A stretch of 64,000 nt of DNA from Candidatus Hermodarchaeum yapensis (GCA_016840405.1 JAEOSK010000004.1:1-64000), one strand, 5' to 3'; shown: positions 19,186-29,902, counted from the first letter of the stretch. The notes: generated from the letters alone by a model not told the origin. Numbers and translations are program-made.

Positions 19186-22100
19186 TCACTTCTTTGTAGG
19201 TTTCTGAAAATTGACAAAGCCCAGACAGTTGTAACTATCAGGGCTTCCTGGACTAGAACATACTCCAGTCGTAACATAATGAATACTACCTAACATTTTC
19301 TTGAATTCTCTTTTTACTACCGGTTTTTTCCCAGGCACTTGAAGCATTTTTCCGATTGTTGTTTGATAACGATTGAAGATGCAATCGCTTCTTTTACAGC
19401 TATTAATCAATTTTTGGAAGGAATCTGCATTCGAAATTGGGTTGAGAGACGCAAAAATTAGATGTTGATTTGAATTCAATTTTTTGGATCGTATTTGATG
19501 TTTTCGTGAGAGACGAGAATTCAAAATTGTATTCCAAATAACTGCATCTTTTGAAGTTGGGGCAAGTACGCTGATCATTCTCGGCAAATAAACCTCGCCC
19601 TGCTTATTTTGGTCAGTAAACACTGGGCTCTTCTGGAATTTGTGTACGAACAAGGAAATACAAGTTCGGTTTCCAAGTCCACAATCAAATGTTGAAACAT
19701 GACTAATGTTTAGATCTCTCTTGTTATTGGAATCGAACGGTTGAAGATTCTTTACATTTAGGAGAATTCGTTGAAGTACATTTGAGAAAATACCTGGCTT
19801 TTCTTCACCACAAAAAGCTACTATAGAATATTTTCTAGTTGTAGGTTTATCAATAATACTTTTAGACGGAGTATAACTCTGGTTAGTGAATTTTCCTGTT
19901 ACTTCTGCAAGTTTTCCTACACTATCAGGCACACACGCATAAACCACCCTAGAAAATGGAGTAATTTCCTGTTCTTCTATGCCAGATGATTTTCCGCTCT
20001 CTTTTGGGAACCACTCTGCAAAAGCAGTCACGGGACAGTGTAAACGGTGAGGGACTTTTAGCATTGGACGGTTCGTAATTTGCTCAAGCTGCTTTATTGG
20101 AAGATCCTTTTTGGATAAAGGAATTCGAGGTGCTCTTAGAGTCCTAAGAATTGAAGAAATTTTGTGTGAAATTAACCGCGAGCCAATTACAGAATAAAAG
20201 GGGATGTTCTGTTCAATCATGTTCTCATTAGTTGTTCGCTGGTCTAATTCACCATGTGCACACACTACAATAAGGGGTGCGGTTCTTTCTAGTTGTTGAA
20301 TCGCTTGAATTAGTTGAGATACCACTACTATGTTTTGCTGTTGTGTGTTCTCTGCTACTAATATACCTTTAATTGGATGTTTTTTTAGGAGAGAATGAAG
20401 AATGGTATAATTCACCTGTTGTTTCTTTACTTCTAGTAAATAGTCTTTGAATCCATTTTTGTCCATCCAAAATACCTGAAAAGCTAATTTCCCTGTAACC
20501 TTATCCTTTTTGCAGAGTGAAATCAATTCATTATCATCAGTAACAATTAATGCCTTTAGCCATCTTGATCGAGAACGAGTTGACTTACGAACTTTTAATT
20601 TTCCATGGAAGAAAAGAGTTTCTAAACAATGGTAGATTCTTTTCTGCCCTTCGCCAAAAATTAGGTAATCATAGCTCCCTGATCTAGACCGACCTACTTT
20701 TGCTGAGGCTAAAACTGCACCTAGATGGTGACCAATTTCACGTTCAAAATACACATGAATCATATCGATTTTTTTAGATCTAGCAAATTGAATGTTATGA
20801 TACAACTGCGATGAAGCAGTTATATTAGCCAGTACTGCTGGTTTTTGAACGGGTTTCGGTATCGCTTCAATATTCTTGATTTCTTCCAATAATGTTTGAA
20901 GAATGTGTGGGGAATCTTCAGTGATGGTGACAAAAGCACTACGTTTCAGTGTTGGAGTAACCGTGGTTCCGATTTTACTAACTACTGCGGGTACCAATAC
21001 ATCTGCATAAAAATCAGGGCGATTAGGTTCTAGTGGAATTGAGATAAATCCATACGTTCCGACAGTGGGAAACTGTCCTAATGTTCTAATTTTCTCAGGT
21101 GAATCTGCTAATACTATTACATTATGAAGAACATAGGATGAACGGATTCTCCCTCTAATTAATTTAAACATATAGGGACCATCGGCCCAGATAGCAATTC
21201 TCTCATCAGGTAGATTTCTCTTAATAGGAATAATGTCTGATAGAATCTCTCTTGTTATAGGTCCAACACCAATTATCAAAATATGTCCTTTTGATTTAGA
21301 GAGTAATTTTTGCATGTAGCAATCTAGGTATTCTTCTGAAAGTGTTTCAAAATGCTCAAATGAACTAATAACTCGGCGATGAAAAAGAACAGAAGCACCA
21401 ATACAAATTCCAAGAAATCCGATAAAAAGACCTAATGCAAATGGTGCCAGTGCGATAAACATCACTAATAAAATTAGCAAAATTACAATATCTGGCCTTC
21501 TTGTTTCCCAGAGATAAGTTGCTACCTTCATTATAGCGAAGTCAGAAACTGTCAAATAATAACCAATAGAAAACAACCAGATAAACAGAGTTAACGCCCA
21601 GATGGATGCAAGATTCAGGAAGGAGTTTTGGTAGATAAATATATTAAAATCAATGACCTCAAAAAGCTGCTGAGTTCTTACAAATTCTCTTGGTACAACT
21701 ATGAAATAGTACAAAGTTGAGGCAATGAAACCTGCAAAGATGAATCTAAGATATGGACTTCTAAGCCGTCCCTCAATAAAGAGTTTTAGAATGTGATAGC
21801 CTGGTTTCCCCTCTCGACGCAGTTTTTTTATTGTGAGTTCTATGTATTCATGCCAAAAGACTTGGAATCCTACACTCATCAGAATTACAAAGTTCACACC
21901 TATTAGCAGAAAAAATTCCCATGTGGTAGTAACAATTACGAAATCAGGCAATCCCCGAATTTCGTAAATCCAAGTAATAAGAGGTATAATTGCCGGAGCT
22001 TCAGTCCTGTTCACTACCACTAAAGGGTTCGCCATTGGAATCATAGTCAAAAAGACAAACAAGGCAAAGAAAATCAGTCCAATCATGTAAGCTGCATGAT

Positions 22101-22416
22101 ATCGAAACTCACCCTGACCCGCCTTCCTCTTCTTTTCTTTATAATCGAAAAGTAAACGGGTATAAACGAACAGAGATACCAAACTTAAAAGGAAGAAGAA
22201 ATCTAGCTTCAAAAAGGGGATTGGCAGTCCGACATTAAATAAATCTGAAAGGGTTAAATGGCTTGAGATTGGAATTAAATTGAACATGATTTCAAGCCAG
22301 AGATGATAGAAACCCAAACCACGACTGAGTGCAATAAACGAAATAACGATTATTCCAAAAAATACTGAAACAAAAAATAATGTTCCTAAGAGAGGTAATC
22401 TCTCATCTTCTGACAA
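19186..22416 (-). CDS. large membrane protein with RCK/TrkA-N-like and ACT-like domains
   Basis: About 7-8 N-terminal TMs; HILIIGVGPIT and YLIFGEGQ Rossmann-like starts; PDSVGKLAEVT and EEKPGIFSNV ACT-like motifs; AT-rich. Confidence 0.6.
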   Translation of the reverse strand: MSEDERLPLLGTLFFVSVFFGIIVISFIALSRGLGFYHLWLEIMFNLIPISSHLTLSDLFNVGLPIPFLKLDFFFLLSLVSLFVYTRLLFDYKEKKRKAGQGEFRYHAAYMIGLIFFALFVFLTMIPMANPLVVVNRTEAPAIIPLITWIYEIRGLPDFVIVTTTWEFFLLIGVNFVILMSVGFQVFWHEYIELTIKKLRREGKPGYHILKLFIEGRLRSPYLRFIFAGFIASTLYYFIVVPREFVRTQQLFEVIDFNIFIYQNSFLNLASIWALTLFIWLFSIGYYLTVSDFAIMKVATYLWETRRPDIVILLILLVMFIALAPFALGLFIGFLGICIGASVLFHRRVISSFEHFETLSEEYLDCYMQKLLSKSKGHILIIGVGPITREILSDIIPIKRNLPDERIAIWADGPYMFKLIRGRIRSSYVLHNVIVLADSPEKIRTLGQFPTVGTYGFISIPLEPNRPDFYADVLVPAVVSKIGTTVTPTLKRSAFVTITEDSPHILQTLLEEIKNIEAIPKPVQKPAVLANITASSQLYHNIQFARSKKIDMIHVYFEREIGHHLGAVLASAKVGRSRSGSYDYLIFGEGQKRIYHCLETLFFHGKLKVRKSTRSRSRWLKALIVTDDNELISLCKKDKVTGKLAFQVFWMDKNGFKDYLLEVKKQQVNYTILHSLLKKHPIKGILVAENTQQQNIVVVSQLIQAIQQLERTAPLIVVCAHGELDQRTTNENMIEQNIPFYSVIGSRLISHKISSILRTLRAPRIPLSKKDLPIKQLEQITNRPMLKVPHRLHCPVTAFAEWFPKESGKSSGIEEQEITPFSRVVYACVPDSVGKLAEVTGKFTNQSYTPSKSIIDKPTTRKYSIVAFCGEEKPGIFSNVLQRILLNVKNLQPFDSNNKRDLNISHVSTFDCGLGNRTCISLFVHKFQKSPVFTDQNKQGEVYLPRMISVLAPTSKDAVIWNTILNSRLSRKHQIRSKKLNSNQHLIFASLNPISNADSFQKLINSCKRSDCIFNRYQTTIGKMLQVPGKKPVVKREFKKMLGSIHYVTTGVCSSPGSPDSYNCLGFVNFQKPTKK

Positions 22417-22626
22417 AAAACCACTCCCAAATTACAGTAAACGAAATGTAATATGCAAAACTCCTTAAAAGTCTTAAAAAATCAGATTTCTTCCTGGGAA
22501 GGTTGGTCACGTTCTCTTTTCTTGAGCATTCTTAGCACGAAAATGAAAATGATGTAAATTGGTTCCCATAAGGAACCGTTAGCGTCAATGCTGGTCGCTG
22601 TTATGGCACTTGTACCACCTGATATA

Positions 22627-22671
22627 CTCTGTTTCCTAGTCTTATTTGTCAATTACAGAAATTTCGAAGAC
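22627..22671 (+). repeat. polarized intergenic repeat copy 10 (degenerate A)
   Basis: GTTTCCTAGTCTTATTTGT-N13-TTCGAAGAC (22663-22671). Confidence 0.7.
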
Positions 22672-22768
22672 AAACATGCTGACAGTGCCAAACCTGTACC
22701 TGTGAGTATTTTTACTCTCTTCAAAAGTAACCTCCAATTTTATGATTATGTGATTCCCAAACTTGGAG

Positions 22769-23788
22769 CTATTCAGCTTCCCACTGATTGGAATCAAACC
22801 AGTGCCAACAGGCAACGAAATGATCTTTTTCGACCTCTTCAAAATGAGGTTCTTCTATGTGGCATCGCTCCTCAGCCATTATACATCGGGTGTGGAATCG
22901 GCACCCGGCGGGTGGAAAAACTGGGAATGGCACTTCCCCAACCGGAGTCTGTCTTAGGTGATCGATTGTGGGATCAGGAATCGGCTCGGAGGAGACTAAC
23001 AGGGCGGTATATTGATGTTTGGGGTTGTCGATGACACGACTAACAGGACCGTATTCTACAATTTTCCCAAGATACATGATGGCAATCCGATCACCAATGT
23101 ATCGTGCGGAGGCAAGATCTCCTGTAATGTAGAGACATGTGAGATTGTATTTGTCAATGAGATTTTTGAGTAATTGTAAGATGGCTATTCGAATTGAGGC
23201 GTCGAGCATCGAGACGGGTTCGTCTGTTACAAGGAATTCTGGTTGTGTGGAAATTGCCCGGGCAATGGCGACACGCTGCCGTTGGCCACCACTGAGCATA
23301 TGTGGTAGTTTAGTGAAGAAGTGTTCGGGAGGGATGAGATTTACATCCTTGAGGGCTTGTCTAATCCTGAAGAATAGGACATCTTTTTTGTCTACTAATT
23401 TGTGGACTCTTAGAGCTTCAGCGACAGTATCAAAGACCTTTTTTCGGGGATTCAGGCTATCGTACGGGTCCTTGTAGACCATTTGGAGTTTTGGACGCAG
23501 TTCATGTTTTTCTTTCTCAGAGAGTGTGCTTATCTCCTTTCCAGCGTAAGTAATCGTCCCCTCAGTTGGTGGAAGGAGGTTGAGCAGTAAACGCCCAGTG
23601 GTGGTTTTGCCACATCCCGATTCACCAGCGAGAACAAACACTTCGTTTTTATAGATATCAAAGGAGATATCATCAACAGATTGGACCCAATATTTTTCAC
23701 GTTGAAAAAGTGATGAAAGACGACTCTGAGGGATAGGGAAGTATTTTTTCAGGTTACGAATTTTGATTAGAATCTCTTTCGTTACCAT
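22769..23788 (-). CDS. oligopeptide/dipeptide ABC ATPase (OppF/DppF-like)
   Basis: GESGCGKT, LSGGQRQR, DEPVSMLD, C-terminal GCRFHTRC; H-loop ITGD is atypical. Confidence 0.9.
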   Translation of the reverse strand: MVTKEILIKIRNLKKYFPIPQSRLSSLFQREKYWVQSVDDISFDIYKNEVFVLAGESGCGKTTTGRLLLNLLPPTEGTITYAGKEISTLSEKEKHELRPKLQMVYKDPYDSLNPRKKVFDTVAEALRVHKLVDKKDVLFFRIRQALKDVNLIPPEHFFTKLPHMLSGGQRQRVAIARAISTQPEFLVTDEPVSMLDASIRIAILQLLKNLIDKYNLTCLYITGDLASARYIGDRIAIMYLGKIVEYGPVSRVIDNPKHQYTALLVSSEPIPDPTIDHLRQTPVGEVPFPVFPPAGCRFHTRCIMAEERCHIEEPHFEEVEKDHFVACWHWFDSNQWEAE

Positions 23789-23794
23789 TGTTGA

Positions 23795-24772
23795 TTACTT
23801 CCAGACGTTTTTCCTCCAGAGTTGGTCGGCGTGGTGACAGGCGATGAAATGTCGTTTTTTAATCTCACGGTATTTGGGTTGTGTTTTGTAGCAGAGAGTT
23901 GTAGCGATGGGACAACGTGGATGAAAACGACAACCTGAGGGTGGAGTTAACAGGTCGGGTGGTGATCCAGGAATGAACACCAACTCTTCAGAACCTAGTA
24001 AACTAGGAATGGAACGGATGAGTCCTTCGGTATATGGATGCAGTTGATCTTTGAATATAGTTTTTACATCTGCCAGTTCCACGATTTGTCCTGCATACAT
24101 GATGGCGACGCGATCACAGGCTTCGGCAATCGTTGCCAAGTCATTTGTTATGAGAATGATTGAAAGTCGTAGGTATTCTTGAAGATTTTTGAGAAGTTGG
24201 AGGAGTTGAACTGCAACCGTTATATCGAGGGCAGCGGTTGGTTCGTCAGCGATGAGGATTTTTGGATTGGCGACCAGGGCTAGCGCTATCATAATTCGTT
24301 GGGTCATACCCGCGGTGAATTCATGAGGATAATTAATTGCAAACGCGGGGTCAATGCCGACAACCTCTAGGAGTTCTTCCATGAGTTTCCAGGCTTCGTT
24401 AGGGGTTGTGTCTTCGTGAAGCATAATTGTTTCCACAATTTGGTCGCCCACCCGTAACACGGGGTTGAGAACGCTTCTTGGATTCTGAAAAATCATTGAG
24501 ATTTCTTCCCAACGAATTTTCTGTAACTCAATGGGCGATTTCTGAGTGAGATCCTCCCCATCCAAGACAACCGATCCGTCCACAATGCGTCCTGGCTCTG
24601 GGAGAATATTGAGGAGGGCATAGGCTGTAGTGGATTTTCCACACCCCGATTCACCGGCAAGGCCAAGGATTTCACCGCGCTGTAAGTCGAAAGTGATGTC
24701 GTCAACAGCTTTGACAGTACCACGTTCACTGAAAAAGTAAACTTTGAGATTTTTTACTTCCAGTACTGTCAT
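23795..24772 (-). CDS. oligopeptide/dipeptide ABC ATPase (OppD/DppD-like)
   Basis: GESGCGKS, ADEPT, HPYT, GCRFHPRC; signature FTAGM and H-loop ITND are atypical. Confidence 0.9.
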   Translation of the reverse strand: MTVLEVKNLKVYFFSERGTVKAVDDITFDLQRGEILGLAGESGCGKSTTAYALLNILPEPGRIVDGSVVLDGEDLTQKSPIELQKIRWEEISMIFQNPRSVLNPVLRVGDQIVETIMLHEDTTPNEAWKLMEELLEVVGIDPAFAINYPHEFTAGMTQRIMIALALVANPKILIADEPTAALDITVAVQLLQLLKNLQEYLRLSIILITNDLATIAEACDRVAIMYAGQIVELADVKTIFKDQLHPYTEGLIRSIPSLLGSEELVFIPGSPPDLLTPPSGCRFHPRCPIATTLCYKTQPKYREIKKRHFIACHHADQLWRKNVWK

Positions 24773-24791
24773 CTGTTTTCACTTTTTCATA

Positions 24792-26885
24792 TTAACTTTG
24801 TACGTGGTCTGGTGGATTGAGAACTTCATCGATTGCGTAACCGACGAGGGTAAAGGCTAATGCGAGAAAGAGGATGCATAGTCCTGGAAAGAAGACGTAC
24901 CACCATGCGCCGATATAAGAAGCGCCGGATTGAAACGCCTGCATTAACATACGACCCCAACTCACATCTAATGGATGAGTAAGACCCAAGAAAGCTAGAC
25001 CTGCTTCAGCCAGTAGCGCCCCAGCAGCAGCCAAAATGAATTGAGCGAAGAGAATGGGAATTACTATAGGCAGAATATGTTTAGAAATGATGTAGAAATC
25101 GCTTGCTCCGATGGCACGAGCGGCATCAACATATGCTCGTTGTTTTTCTGTGATGACTTTGGATCGCACTATCCGGGCTGTACTCGTCCACCCAATTAGT
25201 GCAATTATCCAGACGATATTCCACCACCGGGGTTGGAGAATTGCGGCTAATACAATCATCAAGGCAAGTCCCGGGATAATCAAGAAGAAATCAGTTAGTC
25301 GCGATAAGATCTCGTCTATTATTCCACCATAATATCCCGCAATGAGTCCAACAACAAGCCCTGAAATGGTGGCAATTAATGCTGCGATAATAGCGACTCG
25401 AAAAGCATTTTGTGCGCCCCAGAGTAATTGTGCCCAAATGTCTTCCCCTGATTGACCTGCTCCGAGAAATCCATGATAGTTCCCTACAATCTCAAGGGTG
25501 CAATCATCAAGGAAAATGATCAAAGAGGGCGTATCCTCTGGTGTTGGATCGGTAATTAAAATTCGAAGGCGTATCCATAGGGTTCCTCGCCGTTCGAAGG
25601 TATTTGTGATCATAAAATCGTTCCAAGCCCATTCGGGAGAGGAGGTCCAATCACGGTTTTCGGTGATGGCATCACTGCGAAGAATCTCTTCGGTCCATCC
25701 ATTCGCTTCAACGTAACATTCTTGGATTATGTGAATTTGCGCATCACCCCAGGCAGTCAGGTTTTCAATCTTGTAATTATAACGTAGATACGCAGTTTTA
25801 GGACGGTCATAGTAGTCCCAGGTGATGTCCGTTTGTATCCAACCCGATGATGAAACATAATATGATGAATTGTCTGTGTCGGTATAATAAAATCGGAAGC
25901 TTCCAGGACCCGTTAGAGAGCTCCCATCCTGTGTTGTGTGTTGCCCTTCCATTTGGGGATTGGTGGTTGTGTACGTGTACGAGTTTTCGATGCTGCATTG
26001 GATATCATCAAGATGAATCCTCATGTAAGGAGTGTTTTCGGCATTGTAGTTTTGAAAAACGAAATGGAATCGTAGAGTCATATTCTGTGTTGTGGTGAAC
26101 GTGGAAATAATATCTTCAGAAGGCATATTCTTTGTCCTGGCAAACCATCCGAAAGTTCCTGAGGTTTGGTATGTACTGGAAAAGATTTCAATTGGTGGAC
26201 CACTTGAATTTATCATTTCAAGACTGAAAATGACATTAGCCGCAGGAAGGATAACGTAATTATTTTCGATAATGAATATGATGCTATAAGACACGGATAC
26301 TCGGGAGGGATAAAAGCTAGCCAATCCAGGTGGATATCGATCTGCATCAAAGGTGAAGTTGTAGTCAAAATAGGCATCAGTACGTCCATAATCAAGATCA
26401 TCACGTAAGTCATAATATTGGATTGTATAGCAACCGGGACCACTCCCATCGACGAGATCAGATCCGGCGGTTGATCTGTAAAAAGCATCAGTAATTGATA
26501 CTCCACCTCCAACAGCAGAAAACACCCAACCATCCGCATTATCATTGAAATGAGAATTATTCACCACGGTATACCCGATGCCTTCAACTGACGCATTGGA
26601 ACGCCATCCATTGGCATCGTTGTTGAAATGCCAATTTTCTACCGGATGAATTGATTGAAATCCAGTTGAATGGAATGGAAGCAACCAGGTGGGGAAGGCT
26701 AGGGCTGGTGCAAACCCGGGACTGGGCCAGGGTGCGATGAGTGGTGCAAACAGTGCAATTGTCAAAAAAAAGAGGATGATAATCAGACCAACCATACCCT
26801 TACGGTTCTTTCGATATTTTTTCCAGAAACCCGAGAACCGCTGCCGATATTCTTCCCTTCTTGTCATGCTTTTCACCGTTTTCAA
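24792..26885 (-). CDS. OppC/DppC-like permease with large extracellular insertion
   Basis: OppC N-terminal TM, ~410-aa beta-rich insert, then LG..GEDIW, YVDAARAIGAS (EAA motif). Confidence 0.85.
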   Translation of the reverse strand: MKTVKSMTRREEYRQRFSGFWKKYRKNRKGMVGLIIILFFLTIALFAPLIAPWPSPGFAPALAFPTWLLPFHSTGFQSIHPVENWHFNNDANGWRSNASVEGIGYTVVNNSHFNDNADGWVFSAVGGGVSITDAFYRSTAGSDLVDGSGPGCYTIQYYDLRDDLDYGRTDAYFDYNFTFDADRYPPGLASFYPSRVSVSYSIIFIIENNYVILPAANVIFSLEMINSSGPPIEIFSSTYQTSGTFGWFARTKNMPSEDIISTFTTTQNMTLRFHFVFQNYNAENTPYMRIHLDDIQCSIENSYTYTTTNPQMEGQHTTQDGSSLTGPGSFRFYYTDTDNSSYYVSSSGWIQTDITWDYYDRPKTAYLRYNYKIENLTAWGDAQIHIIQECYVEANGWTEEILRSDAITENRDWTSSPEWAWNDFMITNTFERRGTLWIRLRILITDPTPEDTPSLIIFLDDCTLEIVGNYHGFLGAGQSGEDIWAQLLWGAQNAFRVAIIAALIATISGLVVGLIAGYYGGIIDEILSRLTDFFLIIPGLALMIVLAAILQPRWWNIVWIIALIGWTSTARIVRSKVITEKQRAYVDAARAIGASDFYIISKHILPIVIPILFAQFILAAAGALLAEAGLAFLGLTHPLDVSWGRMLMQAFQSGASYIGAWWYVFFPGLCILFLALAFTLVGYAIDEVLNPPDHVQS

Positions 26886-27850
26886 TCAAATCGGACACGT
26901 GGATCAAGATAGCCATAGAGAAGATCAGCGATGAAGTTGGCAATGATAACCGCAATTGCGAGAATAAAGAAAATCGCTTGTAGAACGGGATAATCTCTAG
27001 CTTGGATGGAATCAAAAATGAGTCGTCCTACTCCATACCAATCAAAGACCGTCTCGGTGAGCGTTGCACCGGTTATGAGAAAACCAAAGGTTAACGCAAT
27101 CATAGAGACTAGGGGAAGAATCGCATTCCGCATGGCGTGCTTATACAGAATAGCGTTTTCGTTCACGCCCTTTGCACGGGCGGTGAGGATATAATCCTCT
27201 GACATGACTTCAACGAGCGTGTTCCGTGTTACTAGCATGTAAGCGCCAAAAGAAACAAGGGCAAGAGTAAATGCTGGCAACATAAGATGATGGGCGACGG
27301 ACAATGCAAACAGGAGGGGATCTTCGGGGGCGGGTGAATGGACGGTGCCTCTCTTTGGGAAGAGTGGAAGGTAGGTTGCAAAAAGGAGTATGAAAATCAT
27401 TCCTAACCAAAAGGAAGGTGTTGAATAGAAGGCAAGAGTAGTTGTAACCATGCCTTTGTCCGCTGTGCTTCCTCGTCGAGTAGCAGCAGCGATGCCTGCA
27501 ACGATACCGAGTATTATGGTAATGGCAGCGGCAGTGCCAGTCAACAGGAGAGTATTGGGAAGGCGGGCTGCAATAGTCTCAATAACCGGTCGACTTTCTA
27601 CAAACGAGTAGCCATAATTGAAAGTGAACATGTTGATGATGTATTGAATAAATTGAACGAAGAGGGGCTGATCTAATCCCCACAGCATTCGTAGTTGTTC
27701 GGCCCGGAGGGGGTCAAAATAATCACCGATGAGAATTGAGGATGCATCACCAGGCATTAAGCGGAAGACGAAGAAGCAAAAGATGACTACGGCAATGACT
27801 AAAATGAAGCTATTGATGGTTCGTCGTACAACGAACTCGCGAAAGCCCAC
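26882..27850 (-). CDS. OppB/DppB-like permease
   Basis: MPGD, GLDQPL..Q, RLPNT, DYILTARAKG, RDYPVLQ; GTG start at 27850 after GGAGG. Confidence 0.9.
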   Translation of the reverse strand: MGFREFVVRRTINSFILVIAVVIFCFFVFRLMPGDASSILIGDYFDPLRAEQLRMLWGLDQPLFVQFIQYIINMFTFNYGYSFVESRPVIETIAARLPNTLLLTGTAAAITIILGIVAGIAAATRRGSTADKGMVTTTLAFYSTPSFWLGMIFILLFATYLPLFPKRGTVHSPAPEDPLLFALSVAHHLMLPAFTLALVSFGAYMLVTRNTLVEVMSEDYILTARAKGVNENAILYKHAMRNAILPLVSMIALTFGFLITGATLTETVFDWYGVGRLIFDSIQARDYPVLQAIFFILAIAVIIANFIADLLYGYLDPRVRFD

Positions 27851-28403
27851 CAGTAATGCCTCCAGTTTTACAAAGCACGCCGTTGGCACTCCTGTTACCG
27901 TTTATTATAAGCTTTGCACAATCGGCAGAAATAACGGGAAAGTAAAAAGCACCGAGGAAGAAAAAATAAACTTTAAACGTTCTCAAAGAATGATTCTCCA
28001 CTTTCTTAACACGTATTGATTCAAGTTTTGGTCTTAGATACCGCTCATAAAGAAGGGCAGCCACACTCATGACTAACACGATCGCGACGAAATACTCGAT
28101 AAGAGCTAGAAAATACGTAGGATAAGATGTCCCCTGTTGTAGAAAATACGATATGATAATGTCGTTCATGACGAGGAAACAAAAGGAGAATACAACTCTT
28201 GCAATCGTTTTATATTTGGGCCAAATCCTGAAGTAAATCAGAAGAGGCATCACAAATGACAATATTAAAGCCGCTCCGATTGTTAAGAGCGTGCCATTGA
28301 AGGTGGTTAATGCTGTAATCCCAAGCAAGAGCGCGAATAGTACGAAAATGATTGTGAAGAATTTGGAGTTGCTGATGTCCTCCCAAAAACCATTCTTGGA
28401 CAT
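27810..28403 (-). CDS. hypothetical membrane protein
   Basis: Four TM segments; 3' end overlaps the oppB start, so the C-terminus is doubtful. Confidence 0.6.
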   Translation of the reverse strand: MSKNGFWEDISNSKFFTIIFVLFALLLGITALTTFNGTLLTIGAALILSFVMPLLIYFRIWPKYKTIARVVFSFCFLVMNDIIISYFLQQGTSYPTYFLALIEYFVAIVLVMSVAALLYERYLRPKLESIRVKKVENHSLRTFKVYFFFLGAFYFPVISADCAKLIINGNRSANGVLCKTGGITGGLSRVRCTTNHQ

Positions 28404-28675
28404 ACCCTACCCCCTCTTATAGTACTTGACGAACCCTAAGGCAATAAATATTACTGAAAACACAAGTCATCTTTGGTCTCGCATAATCACTGGAACTTCA
28501 TACCAGTACATTTACTGTGGATGTAAAATCGGTTATCCATAGAAACATATTTCAAACCACTAATTTGTAGCTTTAAATACAGCAACTAAAAAAAATAACG
28601 ACATTATGTTCGAGACTATTGATTCCATGGATTTTTATTCTGGCACTCTCACAATAACCACGGAGGACATAACAA

Positions 28676-29410
28676 ATGAGGGAAACTCAAAGTGCTGATA
28701 CTCTAAAACTATGGATCTTAAGCATAAATAAACCACATCACATCCTGGCAATAATTTGGGTTGTATTTGGATGTCTATTCATAGTGATTGGAATCCAACC
28801 TTTCTTCTTTTTTCCCTCCTTCCCAATTTTTCTGCACTTAGATTTACTACCACTCCTTTTCGTGGCAGGTGTTGGAGTTTTTTTCATCCTCAGTGCAGGG
28901 TTTCTGGTCTACGATTCACAATCCATTCATAACGACCCTTTTCCCGAAGGTAGCTCATGTAAATTACACCCAGACAAACCTGCTTATGATTGGTGCGCCC
29001 TTTGTGGAACGCTCACCTGTCCAGAAGAGCTAGTTCGTATCCAACAGAAATTTTGGGGTACCTCCCCTGGTATGTTCGGATTCGATGGCGTCGCCTGCCA
29101 AGACTGCGCACAACGCCGCGTTAAACGATTCTTCATGATTTTCATACCGCTTCTCCTTCTAGTTTTTCCACTTTTGATTATTAGCGGTGTAAACCTGATA
29201 ATACTCGGTCCAGTTCACCTCGTTGGAGTCCTTGTTTTCACGTTCAGCGTCGTGGTCTTTGGACTAGTTTGCCTTTTCGGGTGGCTTTTTTGGAAGGTAT
29301 GGCGTATAGTCACAACCCCATTATCTCAACAGCCTGAACGGACGATTCCCATTACAGCTCGACTCGTAAAAAGAGGAACCGTTGACGGAAAAACGGTTTT
29401 CAAAAAATAA
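28676..29410 (+). CDS. membrane protein with central B-box-like zinc finger
   Basis: 2 TM, then CKLH..CALC..C..CQDC, then 2 TM. Confidence 0.65.
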   Translation: MRETQSADTLKLWILSINKPHHILAIIWVVFGCLFIVIGIQPFFFFPSFPIFLHLDLLPLLFVAGVGVFFILSAGFLVYDSQSIHNDPFPEGSSCKLHPDKPAYDWCALCGTLTCPEELVRIQQKFWGTSPGMFGFDGVACQDCAQRRVKRFFMIFIPLLLLVFPLLIISGVNLIILGPVHLVGVLVFTFSVVVFGLVCLFGWLFWKVWRIVTTPLSQQPERTIPITARLVKRGTVDGKTVFKK

Positions 29411-29563
29411 TATTCTGATATTTCTTAGTATTCCACAGGTATTTTCAATGAGAATAATTGAAAGGGTGAGGCTTTTTTCTTGTCTAGAAATGAGGGTTTT
29501 TTATCCCAGAAATTACATGTGTTAGCTGCAATTTGCTTATAGACAGGGTGTTTTGTATATGCG

Positions 29564-29902
29564 TTGCACCTACTAGAACAACGCACTTATTCACCAAATC
29601 TTGTACTCGGCATTTTCAGGTCAATTCCCCTACATATCCTTGACCATTTACCCTCTGAGAAAATTAGAGATCGCATGGCACTCGAGCGATTTCTAGACGC
29701 CCTAAGCAAAGTTGCATATGAAACTCAAAAAAGTGCTGTAGATTTTCTACTTGGTATTTCAGTTGATTCAGACCATTCTAGAATTTTCAGAGATGCGGAC
29801 GCTGAGAAAAATGATCTAATATTGAAGCCAGAAATCATTGCACTTGTAGATTACACACGTGACAGGCTTAGAGACCGCGAACGTGAAAGGGCTGGTAGAT
29901 GA
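29564..29902 (+). CDS. hypothetical protein
   Basis: 112-aa ORF, no recognisable motif. Confidence 0.4.
   Translation: MHLLEQRTYSPNLVLGIFRSIPLHILDHLPSEKIRDRMALERFLDALSKVAYETQKSAVDFLLGISVDSDHSRIFRDADAEKNDLILKPEIIALVDYTRDRLRDRERERAGR

Noticed and set aside
4838-22671. CRISPR array interpretation of the repeats
   Set aside because: Copies are degenerate and separated by 1-4 kb of genes, not 30-45 nt spacers; no cas genes
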